This document shows positions 24,714 through 38,400 of a stretch of 64,000 nt of DNA, one piece after another. The first letter of the stretch is position 1, and each line of letters opens with the position of its first letter. Source of the stretch: Geosiphon pyriformis uo1 (Eukaryota > Fungi > Glomeromycota); the NCBI GenBank assembly GCA_016748015.1, contig JAAOMT010000151.1, positions 261,463 to 325,462 on the forward strand. Reading direction: 5' to 3'. Both the position numbers and the translations under genes were made by a program. A model generated the notes under the pieces. The model did no database searches. It worked only from the letters and a program-made list of their open reading frames with translations, and was not told the origin of the DNA.

Positions 24714-26441
24714 CTGTATTATATTCGAATCTAACTTTTCTAGTTGAAATAGATAAAAAGTTTCTTATAGCTGATAGTCTTGTTGTTTTGGGTAATGTTT
24801 GTTATTTTATTTATGATGTTTATCATACTGTAAGCCAAGCTTTATGAGAAGTGAACCCTAGTGCAAATATTTTAGACAGCTTAATTATTTGGTTTATAGA
24901 TTGGAAGTGTACTGCCTCTATTTGGCATTCAGATTTTTACATGTTGGCAGGTTTTACTAATAGAAAGTCAGTCATTCTGCATACTTATCTGATAAAAACT
25001 GTTCACAGAAAATTGCTGGTGGCTATTTATAAGAGATTATACAACAATGACTACCCAAATATTTTGTGTTTAATGTGTAGTAATATTGAGTTTTCTGACC
25101 ATGTTTTTACTTGCTCTGTAAATGCTTTAATGCATTCTAAGATTGTTTTCAGTCATATTGATTTGTGAATATCTTTGGCAGAAAATTGCATTTCAGCTTT
25201 GTCTTTAGTGTTGTATATTCTTTCACAAGCCTCTGATGTTAGTGTATATGCTGTATTATGTAAAAATTTTGTTTTCAAAGATTGGATTAAAAAAGCCATT
25301 TCTATTTTTAATAATAGGAAGAGAGCTGTATTAGTTGTGATTGATTTTGTTTGTCATTTGGCTGATAATTATTAAAGTAGATCATGGTTGCTGAAAGCTA
25401 AATTTAGAGTTGACATAGAGAAAAGTGGCTTGGTTTGTAATACAGATAGGATTTTTGCTTTATTGCATGGTCTGCCTAGCTGACTGTCCAAAAGAGTGGT
25501 TCATTTGCTTAGTATTGTTGAATTTTTTGTTGTTAACTTTGGTTTGCAGAGACATTAATTGTTTTTTTCTGGCTTGGACATTGGTAATAGAGTTATTGTG
25601 AATATGTAGTACTGTCTTAATAGGCCCAAGTAGCTGGTCACATGTAAAAAGCACATGAGCTATGTTTAGTTTGATTTATTTTGCTTTGTTTCTGTATGCT
25701 AAATAGTAATTAGACTGCACTCGTTAATAAATTAAAAAAAAAAAACAAGAACATAATTTTATTAATCATTTATTTAAAATTTATCTTCATATAAGAACAA
25801 ATATTATATGCAAAATATTAATTAGTAATTAGAAAAAAAGTTAGAATGTATTAAATTAATTTATATTGAACTTACTCTTTTTGATTTAGTTTGTTTTTAT
25901 ATACAGTCACTTAATCTCTATTGTATTCTAATTTAGGTTTGTTAAATCCAAATTTAATATTATTATTATAGACATATTTTTTAATAGACTTGCTAAATTA
26001 TTACAATATCAAAATTTTTATTCAAAAAAACAAAAATAAGCAGCAGTTAATAATGTTTTTCATAAAAAAATTTGTCAATATTTTAAAAATTACTATAATA
26101 CAAAATATAATAATATTATAACTTATTTTAATTATAAATATTCAGAACTTTATATTTTTTATTTAATTGTTTTTAAGATAATTAAAAAGCAGATAAAATA
26201 ATTGAATATTAAAATTAATAAAATCTTAAAAAAATTTATTTAATACAAAAGCATTAAATTTTCATTATTAAACCAAGTTTTAAGTTATTAAATAAAATAA
26301 GTAATTATAATTATTATTAAATTCAATAATGAACTAATTAAAAAAAAGGAAAAAATTTGCCAAATTTGATATACATAAAAATAAAATACAATTTTCAAAT
26401 AGATAAATTCAAAAATTCAAAAAACAAAACCAGTTACATAT

Positions 26442-27288
26442 TATTATTCATAAAAATAGAAATTATAATAAGTAAAAAAAATAGCCAATAAGAAAAAAGT
26501 GTAGTAAAAAAAAGAATTCCAGAATTTTTTTGGAAAATTTGCAGAATTTCAGAATTTTAAAATTTCTGTCAAAAAAAATTGAAGAATTTTAAAAATTTCA
26601 TATAACATGAATTATATATATATAACAAAAGTATTAGAAACAAAAAAAGTAATTAAAAATTGTAGAATAGTAATTAACAATAAGTAATTATTCAATATTT
26701 CTCTTTTCAAAAGATAGTTTTTTATAACTTAAAATAAAATTATATTTATATTAATAAAAACATCTATTATTATTCAAACTTATGTTTTTATTATTTAATT
26801 AAGAAATATTAATCAATTCTACACTATTAATAATTTATGTTAATAAAATTTAATACTTAATTATATTAAATTAATAGTTTTTAATTATGGTTATTAATGA
26901 GATATTAATTTTTTTTTTTTTTTTTTTATTTTTTTTTATTTTTTTTTATTTTTTTTATTTTGTTTCTTGTTATTATTAATTTATTAAAAAATTAAACACT
27001 AAATAATTAACATCAAGAATAGTCTGGTAAAAAACCCATAAAACAAGAATAAAATAACTTAAGAATAACTTATTAGAAGAGCATAACTGCTAAAATAAAC
27101 CAGTCATTATGCTAAAGAAAAAAATTCACAAAAAAAAACCATTAATTAAATCTTTGTTTATTATACAAAAGACTTAACCAAAATTTTTAAATTCCAAAAT
27201 TTTTAGAAATTAATATTATTAACAGCTATAGAACACTAAATTATAGATTTGTTATTTGTTTTAACATTCCAAATAATAATCTGTAATA
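26442..27288 (+). mobile_element. AT-eroded solo LTR related to the Gypsy LTRs
   Basis: Collinear with reverse complement of the LTRs (TAGCCAAT, GAATTCC repeats, CTGGTAAAA, TTATACAAAAGACT); ends TATTAT..GTAATA; flanks ATAT/ATGT fit a 4-bp TSD. Confidence 0.75.
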
Positions 27289-28959
27289 ATGTTTACTAAT
27301 TTTATAATAAAACAGAAAGTATACTAATTAAAAGTTTATTAGAAAAACAAAAAAATCAAAACTATTATATTTAAATTTAATTTTGTTGATATATATAATA
27401 CTAATAAAACAAAATTATTTTTTTGTATGAGACCAAATTAAACATTTGTAAAATATTGAAATACAAAAAAAATTAATATATTATATTTACTAATTATTAA
27501 TATTATATATTATTATTATATTAAATTAATTGGGTTTTTTATAAGATAAATTTCAAATTACAATTTTTTTTGCTATAAATTTAACTAAATTTAACTAAAT
27601 TTCACAAATTGCAATTTTTAGTAATTGGATATACAAAAAATTCAAGATATTTTAAAAGAATTAATATTTTTAACTTATTTGTAATTTACAAATTTAATTC
27701 TAAAATATAAATATACTTAAATATATGGAAAACATGACTCAAATATATAAACAAAGACTTTTAAATTCAAAATTAACATATATTATTTTTGGTTAATAAT
27801 ACAACTTTTTATTATACTCAAATCAGAGAAGATTTATTTCAATTAATCAATATTATTTTGCACTATTTTTTTCTAAATATTATATTATATTTTTAATTAA
27901 TAAATGTTAGCATTATTGAATATTTTAAAAATAAATATAAATACTTATATTATTAATATTTTTTACATCAATTTGAACAAAAAATTAATATTGAACAGTA
28001 TAATAATAAAATATATATAGTATTATTATTATTATATATTATATAATTTTATTTATTTTTTAAAAATAAATTAAACATAAAATAAGTAATTAATTATGTT
28101 GTTTAATTATAATTTCAGATAATATCTGTTATAATTTAAATTTGTTGACAAAAGATAAATATTTTTTTCTATAATCAAGAATTAAAAATTCAAAAATTCA
28201 AAACATTAATTATTATAGATATATTTAACAATTTATTATTAAATACATAACAATAGATCAAAATCTCGAAAATTATACTATAACAATTAATAAATTATTG
28301 GCAAATAAAAATATTCTTAATAATAATAAAATTGTAAATATGATTTTAACTAATACTTAAATTAAAACCAATATAATTAATGATTCAGAAAAAAAATTAA
28401 AAAAATTTTTATTTACTATAATTACAATTACAAAAACACATAAAGCATTAAAAAAAAGTAATTAAATTTAAAGAACAATTAACAAAAAAAAATTTTAGTA
28501 TAGAAAACCAAAATTTACTTAAAAAAAATTACATAAATATGAAAAAATTCTAAAAATTCTAAAAAACAGATAATAATTAATCAATATTTTAATAATAATT
28601 ATTATTATTATAAAACTCTATAATAGAATACCTCTAAAATAAAACATAATTTGCATGTTCTAACTGTGTTTTTTTATAGAGATCTGACTGTATATTATAA
28701 TAATATTAAAAAAAAACATCCAATTTAGTTAAAATTTAATTTACCTAATAATTTAAAACTTTTAAGCCATTAATCTATTATCCAAATTAACTTATTATTT
28801 AAACAAAAAAAAATTACATGAATTATAATTACTATTATTAAACTTACTTACTTTACTTATATTACTTTTTTTTCAAAAGCAACAGATGTTAAAAACATAA
28901 ATCTATGAATTTAATCATATTAGAACAATAGCTCTTAATTATGATTATTGAAAAGATAT

Positions 28960-29257
28960 TAACTTTTTTTTTTACTTTATTTTCTTTTCTTTTTTTTATT
29001 GTTGTTGTTTTTTGTTAAATTAATTGATTAAAGAATAAGTGCTGAGATTATGATGTCAAGAATAGCCTGGTAAAAGATGCAAAACTAAAGTATATAATTA
29101 ACTTATCAAAAGTTGAATAGCTTATCAAAAGGGTGATGAACACCAGAATAAACTGGTTACCATGCTGAGAAAGTAAGACACCAAGTGTCAGTATTGAAAC
29201 TCTGTTCTTTATACAAAGAACTCAACTGCGAAAACCTTTAGATTCACCAAAACCTTC
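28960..29257 (+). mobile_element. Partial LTR of a related Gypsy family upstream of TRP4
   Basis: GATGTCAAG.ATAGCCTGGTAAAAGA, CCATGCTGAGAAAG, CAAAACCTTC match the LTR reverse complement. Confidence 0.8.
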
Positions 29258-29267
29258 AATATACTCA

Positions 29268-29353
29268 CCTTGACTGGGCTCGTGTCTGGTCACATGTAAA
29301 AAGCGCGTGAGTCACATCTAATTTAGGACATTTTATGTCGTATTGTATTAAAT
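29268..29353 (+). mobile_element. Isolated LINE 3'UTR fragment in the TRP4 promoter
   Basis: CTGGTCACATGTAAAAAGCGCGTGAGTC matches the LINE-B/C/D tails. Confidence 0.85.
29308..29314 (+). promoter_or_regulatory. Perfect Gcn4/CPC-1 (AP-1) motif TGAGTCA, 101 bp upstream of the TRP4 ATG
   Basis: Motif read directly; function inferred from yeast TRP4 regulation. Confidence 0.5.
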
Positions 29354-29408
29354 AATTATAAAATTTACATTGTCCACTAAAATACGAAAACGTTAAAGAT
29401 ACTTTGCA

Positions 29409-30703
29409 ATGGAACCTTCAAAGATTCAATCAATCATTAAAACCCTCGTTTTTCAGCCTAAACAATTTTCTACTGATCTTGCTCGACTTGCTATGACAGA
29501 GTTGCTGCAAGGACAGGCTACACCTGCCCAAGCGTCAGCATTTTTGATGGCTTTGAAGCTACAACAAAAAGACTCGAATGCTGAAATTGTTGCCGCTTGC
29601 GCAACATCAATGCTCGAGTTGGCCAAGAAGATTGATTTTAGTTTATATGAAGGGCTCCATGATTCTTTGTTAGACATTGTGGGTACAGGCGGTGATGGTG
29701 TTAATACTTTTAATGTCTCTACTACCTCAGGAATTGTGGCAGCTGGAGCGGGTTGTAAAGTAGCCAAGGTGAGAGAAAAAGGAATTGATGTATCGCAAGT
29801 TTTTGAATATCATGTTTGTTCTTTCTCTTAGCTCGAATCAATTTAATTCATAGCATGGAAATAGAGCAGCATCTTCTAAAAGTGGTTCTGCTGATATACT
29901 AGAAAGTTTCGGTTGTGAAATTACTAATGTAACGCAAGAACAGGCACCTCAAATTCTCAGTGATTCAAATTTTTGTTTCTTATTTGCTCCAACTTTTCAC
30001 CCATTATTGAAAAATTTGGCCGGTGTCCGACGGGAAATCGGCGTGCCAACCATATTTAATTTGTTAGGACCTTTAATAAATCCTGCGCAGCCAAAACGAT
30101 TAGTAGTTGGTGTCCATTCTAAAAATCTGGGTTTTTTGGTAGCTGAAGCATTACGATTGAGAGGGGTTATCAAAGCTATGGTCGTTCATGGGGCCATTGG
30201 CTTAGATGAGGTTCGTGGAATATTTTGGCTCTTCATTACTCACCTACTTAAAAAAGCTGAAAATTGCTTTACTTAGATAAGTCCCGAAGGCGAAACTTTT
30301 GTAAATATTTAATCAAAGCTTTTCTTTTAACTAAAATACTATCTTGAAATTAGTCAACGGATTAACTTTTCTTTCAACAATATAGGTTTGGGAATTATCT
30401 AACTCCAAGATCACTGAATATAAAATTTCGCCAATCGACTTTGGCCTACCAGAATATCCAATAGCCTCTGTTAAAGGCGGATCCCCTGAAGAGAACTCGG
30501 AGCTTCTCGAGAAACTTCTCTCTAATGATTACAAAGGGCCCATCCTGGATTTCGTTCTCATGAATACAGCTGCGGGATTAGTCATAGCTGAACATGCAAA
30601 AGACTTTAAAGAAGGAGTATCATTGGCTCGTGAGAGCATATCAAGCGGTAGGGCCAAAGCAATCCTCGAAGAATTCAAAAAAGCAACATGTAGAGATTCC
30701 TGA
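29409..30703 (+). CDS. TRP4: Anthranilate phosphoribosyltransferase, 352 aa; exons 29409-29768, 29854-30210, 30277-30300, 30386-30703
   Basis: DIVGTGGDG, TFNVST, KHGNRAASSKSGSAD, TIFNLLGPLINP, GLDEISP; GT-AG introns restore the frame. Confidence 0.96.
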
Positions 30704-32069
30704 TAGTTAAACCCGTTAGGTATTGCTATTGGGAAGTCATTCGTATAATCAAATAAAATTCATGTACAGTCTTTCTCCCAGATAATTATAACAAAGTCTG
30801 AAGTAGTTTTTCTTTAATTATATGAAAGTATAATAAAATTTTACTTGGAAAAATATAAATTTTCTTATGAAGTATAAAATAACAATTTACAATTAAATTA
30901 ATGTTAACTTTCACTAATATTTCTGCTTCAATATTATTATTTGTTTATTGTTCAAAAACCAATTTTTTGATGAGATTTGAACAATTTACAATGTTAATAT
31001 TTTTAATTTTATAAATCATTTTTTTATTATTCAATTTATTTTTAATTTAAAAATGAAATATAGTGTAAATTTACAATTTTTGTGATTTTGATTTTTAAAA
31101 TATCAAAAAAAATAAAAATTGAAATAATTTAATTATAAGATTATTATTTTTACAAAGTTTTAATTAACTATATTAAACATGTTTTATATAAAAAATCATA
31201 AACCGAAAATTTGTGACTAATTTAATAATTAATTAAATATAATTTAAATTATATAGTTATAATTAATTAATTAATTAATTACAACATAATACTTATTTGT
31301 TATATTTATAGTTTTATTATTAATTTTAATGTTTCAAAAATACTAAAAAAATTGTAAATATTATCATAAAAAATTGATTATTATTATTATTATTATATTA
31401 AAATTTAGATTAAAAAAAATTAAGCCAATATTAATTTATTAAAAAATTTATATCAAAGCAAACAAAATTTTGTTTTATTTTTATTAAAAAACATTTAATA
31501 TTATTTATATAATATTTATAATTAAATTAAATAAAACAAAACAATTAATTATTAACAGTATATTTAAATTAAACTAAATCTATTAATACTCTTATTATTA
31601 AAGCAACAAATAAAAACTTATTTGTTTTTTTGGATGATAATTTTAATAAAAATAATATTAAACAAAATATGAATTTTAAAAAATTTTTGGAATATAATCT
31701 GATTAATGCTTTATTAGAGTTTATTTTGATTAAATTATCTATATAAAACAACTTATAAGACTATTAATTATGTTTTTGTGTTGGTTTTATTGGCCAATAT
31801 AATGGTTAATTATGGTGTTTTGAAACCATGTAATTTTTTTAATATTAATTATAAAAAAATATAATATCTGTAAAAGTAAAATTTTTTGAATATTAGATTG
31901 ACATCTTTATAAAAGCAAATTAATAAGAAAAAATAAAAATACAATATTAAAAATACTAGTATTAAGAACTAAATAAATTTTAAGAAATTGTTTTTATTAA
32001 AAATGGCTGTTTTTTTAAGTAGTTTTACTAATATTGCTTATATTAATATTAATATTTTTATTTTTTATT

Positions 32070-32400
32070 TTTTTTATTTTTTAGTAAATAAATCTAAATA
32101 TTATTTAGCATAATACATCAAATTAAGTAATTTAAACTAAATACAAATCATGTGCTTTTTATATATAACTAGATATTTAGACCAATTAAAACAATATTAC
32201 AAATCTATCTTAACAGAAATATTACAATTAATTCCAAAAAAAAAAGCACAAAATCTATACAAACCAAAACCAATATTATATATTTTTACAATCTTAAGCA
32301 ACCTAATAACACTATTAGAAAGCAAAAACTTCAAACCATAAATTATTGAAGACACAAAACCATCACAAAAAACCAGACTAGTTTTTGTAAAACTGCTTTA
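32070..32400 (-). mobile_element. Eroded 5'-truncated LINE 3' end
   Basis: Minus strand shows the ORF2 C-terminus, a tail (CTAGTTATATATAAAAAGCACATGA) and an A-rich end. Confidence 0.65.
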
Positions 32401-33595
32401 TATTTAGATTTTATTAACTATATTTTTTCATAATAAATAGCTTTAAAACTATTATTATAAAAGTGTTTTTATTTAGAGATTATACTATAATTAATTTCTT
32501 ATATAACTTTAGATTAAATAATAATACAAAAAATTATCTAGTTTTAATATATAAATAAATATATTAATCTTAATAAGTGCTGTTCTTAATTTATATTAGA
32601 TTTCTATTTAATAGATTACTATTATTTTTTTCTTATTTTAAGACTTGAAAATTAGCTTAGTGAGTTTTTTTTAACTCTTAACAAGTATTAAATAATTTTT
32701 TTAATAAGTATTCTTTTATTTGATTTAATATATTATATAATATTTTTGTTAAAATTATTGTTAATAGCTGCTATTATGCTAATTTCCTAAAGAGAATTTC
32801 TGTTGTATTTTTATATTTCTATTTGTGTTTTTTCTTAAGACTTTCATAAAAATACTTTTTTTATTTTGCACTAATATCAAATATCTGTATTTTTTTATTT
32901 GTAGTAAAGCAGTATTTTATTATTATAAATTTAAAAAAAATTAAATAAAAAAAAGTAAAATTTAATAAAATTAGTATTTAAAAATAATTTTGATTAAAGA
33001 TTATTTTTCTAAAACATAAAAAAATTGGTTTGAATTTTTAAGTCAATTATTAATTTTGGCCAAAATATTATTATAAGTATATTTTATGTAATTGCATGTA
33101 ATTAATATTTTTTTAATATGTTCTTAATTTTGTTAAGTTTAAATTTTATCTGTACTTTGTTGTTGTGTTGAGTATTTTATTGTTTTTATTAATAAAAAAT
33201 AACAACAGAAATTTGGCAGTTCTCTTTAAAGCTTAAATTATAAAAGAAGAAAATCTCTAATTTTACTGATCTTAATATTAGTAAATATTATAATATAAAG
33301 TTAAAAAACACACTTTTCAGCTTTTTTTATAATTATAATTTAATTTAAAAATTTTTTTGTCTAATTAACTTTTTATCTGTTTATTTGTCTTAGTTAGAAA
33401 GTTATTATATATATATATATTTTAAGTTATATATAATTATATCTATAAAAAAGTACAAAAAAACTTCTTTCTCTCCTTCGTCCCAAATTCCTGAAAAAGA
33501 GTCAAATTTTGAAAAAAGTTTTTTTTCTGTTTTGCATACTGTCTTCCACTATTTTACAAGAAACAAACCCTTTTGTTGTTGAACCAGCTGCCATT

Positions 33596-35458
33596 ATGAG
33601 TGGGCCTGGAGCTAAGAGAAAGTTAGCTAGAGTCTCAACCACTAGTTCAGTTGGTGAAGGTTCAATTCAAAAAATCAGAAAGTCTCTTAGTACTATTAAA
33701 TCTTCAAGTGTGGATAAGAATCTCAAGGATGGTAGGTCTGTTTGTGAGGATAGGCAATTTGCTAGCATGGATATGGATGGAGGAATCTCTGATGGTAAAA
33801 GCACTTCTGACTCCCAAATGAATACGCCCAATGCGAAGTGTTTTAATGCTGGTGCAGCTATTGGTTCCTCTATCGGCTCTATTAATTATGGCATGAATGA
33901 TGAGAAGGAAGTTTCTCTTCCTCTCCGTTTGTCTTTCTCTTTGGAAAGGGTGTGAGTGGACCCCAAAATTGTTAAGTCTCAGGTGGAAGTCGCTGTAAAG
34001 AAATCGTTTGCTTTGGACATCAATCTATCTGCTGTGGAGGGAAAATCAGCTACGGCCAAAACTCAGGTTATCAAGAAATTGTTTTCAACAATCAATGGTT
34101 TTGGGGGGGCCACTACCCCCTCAAAATTTGAAGGGATCATTTGATCAACGTTTACTTCATTAGAAAGCATGGAAAAGACCACATCATTGGCCAGGGGAAA
34201 TAACATCATTGTAAACAGTGATTTTAAGAGACAAGGAATACGCTCAGATCGGGCCGTAGTAATCAAGAAAATTCCCATGGACATGCCAAAGGAAATGATC
34301 ATCACCGCAGTATCTGAGTTTGGAGAAATTAAGTTGATCAAAATCCAGTTGATTGGTTTATGACAAAAAGCTGTGGTGGAATTCGCCGAACTGGAACAGG
34401 CTGTGTCTTTGGCTGCTAGGTGGTCCTTCCTGATTGGTAAAGACTCAGTTCATGTGGCTATGGCGGTGGGCAATCGTGAGACTTGGGCATCTAGAGACCA
34501 GTTCAGGGCACTTTTGTTTACTTTGCCAGTAGGGACTACTGCTCATGATCTTGGGGATCTTCTTGAAGAGACTGGTAAAAAAACTTGTGTCATAAATTGG
34601 TCATTGGAGACTGGTAATAGAGTTCACTGTGCTGTTGTGTGTTTTAATTCTGATGAGGTTCTGGAGTCAGCTTTTTGCATGGAACCGATCCTTGGTGGTA
34701 TGAAACTTTTATGGACTAGACTGAATTTGGTTTGCTATGAATGGTGTGGGAAGTTTGGTCATTCTGCCTTGGAATGTGATGCTGAGGTTGCGTCAGCTTT
34801 CAAATCTTCAAAGTTTTTTATAAGGCCTACCAACCCAGATACTTGTCTCCAGCTGGCCAAATTGTATGCAAAGAAGAATGTGCTGATCTCTTGTCCTGTT
34901 GCCTTTGGTGGCAAATCTTGGACTCAAGTGGTCTCAGTTGCTTCAGTTTCTCATGGTTTTCATACTGGTTCTGGTTCTGGTTCCCTGCCTTCCAGTGATT
35001 TAAGTTCGGGTGGGGTACTCCCCCCTCTACCTGTGGTTAATCCTCCTTTAAGTGCTCGCTTAGTGCTTCTGGAATGCTCTGTAAAGCTTCTGTCTAAACA
35101 AATTTTGAACATTCTTTCTTGTCTTGACAATATTAGTTCGGCACCCTTGGTGCCTTCCTCTCAATTGGCTTCTTCTGTGGTAGTTTTTCAGTTCTCAACC
35201 TCTGTTTCTCTTGTGGTTGCAAACTCTGACTTGGATTTTGACATGGCGGTTGATGATCTTTTTGTCCAGCCTATTTCTTTCTCTCCAGATGTTACTGGTT
35301 CACTATTGGGTCCAAGTAGTTCCAAAGTTCTGACTTCTAAAGTTGGTGGTCTGGAATTGAAGTTGGTTGCCCTTGACATTTCTGTTGGTTCAATTTTGGC
35401 TAAGTTGGATCAGTTATGTGCTGGCTCGAGTTCTTTGGTTATCTCTTCATCACAATGA
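33596..35458 (+). pseudogene. LINE-C ORF1
   Basis: Single frame with few TGA stops; YEWCGKFGHSALEC knuckle remnant; start codon approximate. Confidence 0.85.
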
Positions 35459-38400
35459 CCAGTTTTATTTGGAAAATTGCCACATGTAATGTTAGGGGAA
35501 TGAACAATCCTGCAAAGCAGGAGGACATTTTTCGCTGGCATAAGGAATCTGGTAGTTCGATCTTGATTGTTATGGAAACCAAGTTGTGTTCCAGTTCACA
35601 ACCATGGATCATGAAAAGGTTTGAGGGTGTTCTGGTTTTTATGTCTGGTCTGGATGTTGGGTTTTGTGGGGCTGGTGTGGCTATTTTTGTAAACAATTCT
35701 CTGGCTCATCATGTTTTCAAAGTCAAGGAGGTGAAGGGCAGAGTTCTTTCAATTTGCCTTTTGTTCAAGAACAAGCTTTCTGTGTCTGTCATTGGGCTTT
35801 ATGCCTGTGCATCTGGTGGTGACCGTTTTGCTCAGGCTTCTGTTATTAATTCATTTATTGCTGATACTGTCAACAAGAGTTTTTTTGTTGTTTTGGGTAA
35901 GGACTTCAATGAAGACAATTTAGTCAAGGAGATGAGTCTTAGGAAATGTTTAGGTTTGGGTTTAGTTGATGTTTTTGGTGGTTACTTTCTAGCTAGAATT
36001 CCTACTTGGAACAATTCAAGAGGCATTAACAAGGTTTTGGATTACATTCTAATTAGTGACTCTTTGATTTCAGCAGTTGTGAATCGTGATGTTAGTTTTG
36101 TCTCGGAATTTTTCGACATGGATCACTTGGCTGTGTTGATGTCTGTTGGGTTGGGTGGTTTTCTGGATGCTTGTTTGAACAGCATCCACAAGCACGCTAA
36201 TAAAGATTGCTGGAAGTTTAAGATTAAGAATGCTGATGAAAAAAAGTGGGCACATTTTAAGGATCTTTCTGAGTGTGTGCTTTTGGGTTCTCTGGATAGG
36301 TTCAAGACAGCTGAGGATGGTGACAACTTGGATGGAATGTGAGGAATGCTAGCTGACGCCATAACTGCTTCTATTGAAAAAAAATTTTCAAGACATTGGT
36401 ATAGTGAATTTGATTGTGCTAAGAATAGACTCTCTTCTAAATTTTCCAGGTTAGAGCTTTTGGTTGCCAAGTTATTAAAAGTGCTAAGACAGGATAATAC
36501 TTTGGGCTTTGATCGTCTGGCTGATACTTGGTTTAAGGTTGATCCTTCTGAAGCTTCCAAAGTTTTTGGTATGGTCGGAGATGGTGTGAGTTCTGCTGGC
36601 TTGATAAGTCATCTTTCAAAGATTAGAAAGCAATATAGAAAGTCCAAATATTGTAAATCTAAGGTGGCCAAAAGATCTGCTATCAGGGATGCAATTGATA
36701 AGCGTATGGAAAAGTTCGAAACAGACAAAGATGAGATGATTTGGAGCATCTTGGAGTGGCCCTTTCACAAAGTCATTCTGGACTATTTGGTTGTTGGTAA
36801 TTCTCTTATTTTGGAACCTGACGAAGTGAAGCTCAAAGTGGATGACATCATAGTTAATTAGACCAGGAAGCAGAATGCTCTTTCTGCCCTGTCTGGTCCC
36901 TGGGCACAACAATATGCCTCTTTGGCTTATGTTAATAATAGTGTTTTCAGTCTGGTTATGTGTGATATTACCATGTGTAAGATGTCTTCGGTTATAAGTG
37001 ATCTTCTTGATGGCAAAGCTGCTGGTTTGTCTGGTATTACCAATAAACTTTGAAAACACATTGGCTGTTTGGTTTTGGAGTGTTTGTTGTCTTTGCTGAA
37101 TTCTTGTTTGCATTTTGGTAATGTTCCAGTCTATTGGAAAGAGGCCTGGGTGTCCATAATTCCTAAGCCTTATAATTGGGATGGCGTTTTGTCGAATACA
37201 CAACCTATTGCATTAATTGAGACAGCCAGAAAGATTCTGTTAAAAGTTCTCTCAGACAGGATCTTTCTTGCTTGTAGTAAGTTTGATGTCCTCTGTGGTA
37301 ACAACTTTTTTGTTCTTAAAGGCACTTCTACTCAGTCACCAATTTCAGCTGTGGGTTCAATTGTGGAGGATGCTTTGGAAAAAGGCCACAAACTTTGGCT
37401 AGTTTTTCAAGACATGCACAAAGTGTATGACTCTGTTGATTGGCTTTATTTAGAAGCTAGTTTACACCATATCAAAATGTGTAGCAAGTTTATCAAGTTT
37501 TTTGGCAACATTCACAACAGTCACTTCAACAGAGTCATGACAGATTTTGGCCTTTCTGATGGATACAAAGTTCTTGATGGTTTGGATCAGGGTGAAGTTT
37601 TCTCACCTCTTTTATGGAGAATTTTTTATAACCTTTTGTTATGTAAAGGTGCGAGACAAGATCATTTGTGTGGTTATCGGATCAATTTGAACTTTGTGTT
37701 GAAGACTGGAAGGATTGAGACTAGTGGGAGTATGACCTTCTTTTTCACAGCTGATGCCTTTGTCAATGACACTATTTGGGTGGGAAATGGGCAAGCCTCT
37801 ATGCAGCACATTCTTAATGTGGCCAGCGAGTTTTTTCTCATCAATGACATTAACATAAACAACGAGAAGACAGTTGCCATTCCTATCAACAAAAGAGTGG
37901 GGATTCCTGTTTTATCCATCAACGGCCAGGCTATTGCTGTTACCAATTCTGGTGTGAGTCATTGATATTTGGGTATTTTTTTGTCCATCGATGGTTTGTC
38001 TAAGCCGAGTCTTGCCAAAGCCAATTCAAATATTAAGTTCTTTTCAAATATGGTTCTCTGGAAGGCTGTCTCTGATAAACAATTCTCTTATCTGGTTTCA
38101 GCTGTTTTGCAGCCCATAGTCAGTTATCGAATGCAGTTTAATTTTGTTTCCAAAGCTGTTTGTCTTAAATGGGACATTCTAATTAGAAAGGGTCTTAGGT
38201 CGAAAGCCAATTTGCCAAGAGACTTTTCCAATGAGACGTTGTACCACCCCTCTCTTTATGGGCTGAAATCTTTTGAACAGTTGCAAGCTGAATGCAAGAC
38301 AGCTTCCGTTGTGCAGTTTGTGAATTCTTCTGGAATTCTTGGCCGGCTGTTCGAACATCAAATTTTGGATTTGTAGATTTTGTGCTGGGCTCTGTTGAAT

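Larger units (their letters stand above)
8833..25742 (+). mobile_element. LINE-B: full-length degenerate LINE split by the Gypsy insertion (LINE parts 8833-14564 and 24714-25742)
   Basis: Same 5' motif, ORF1 to ~10782, ORF2 from 10779 to 25609; frame ...ALACAV|LYSNLTF... rejoins across the insertion; tail CACTCGTTAATAAATT-poly(A); probable TSD AAACAA(A/G)AACA. Confidence 0.9.

Noticed and set aside
27300-28900. AT-rich stretches (also 30900-32000, 49600-51050, 53700-54500) that may be relic transposons
   Set aside because: Too eroded to assign by eye; short ORFs there are low-complexity artefacts
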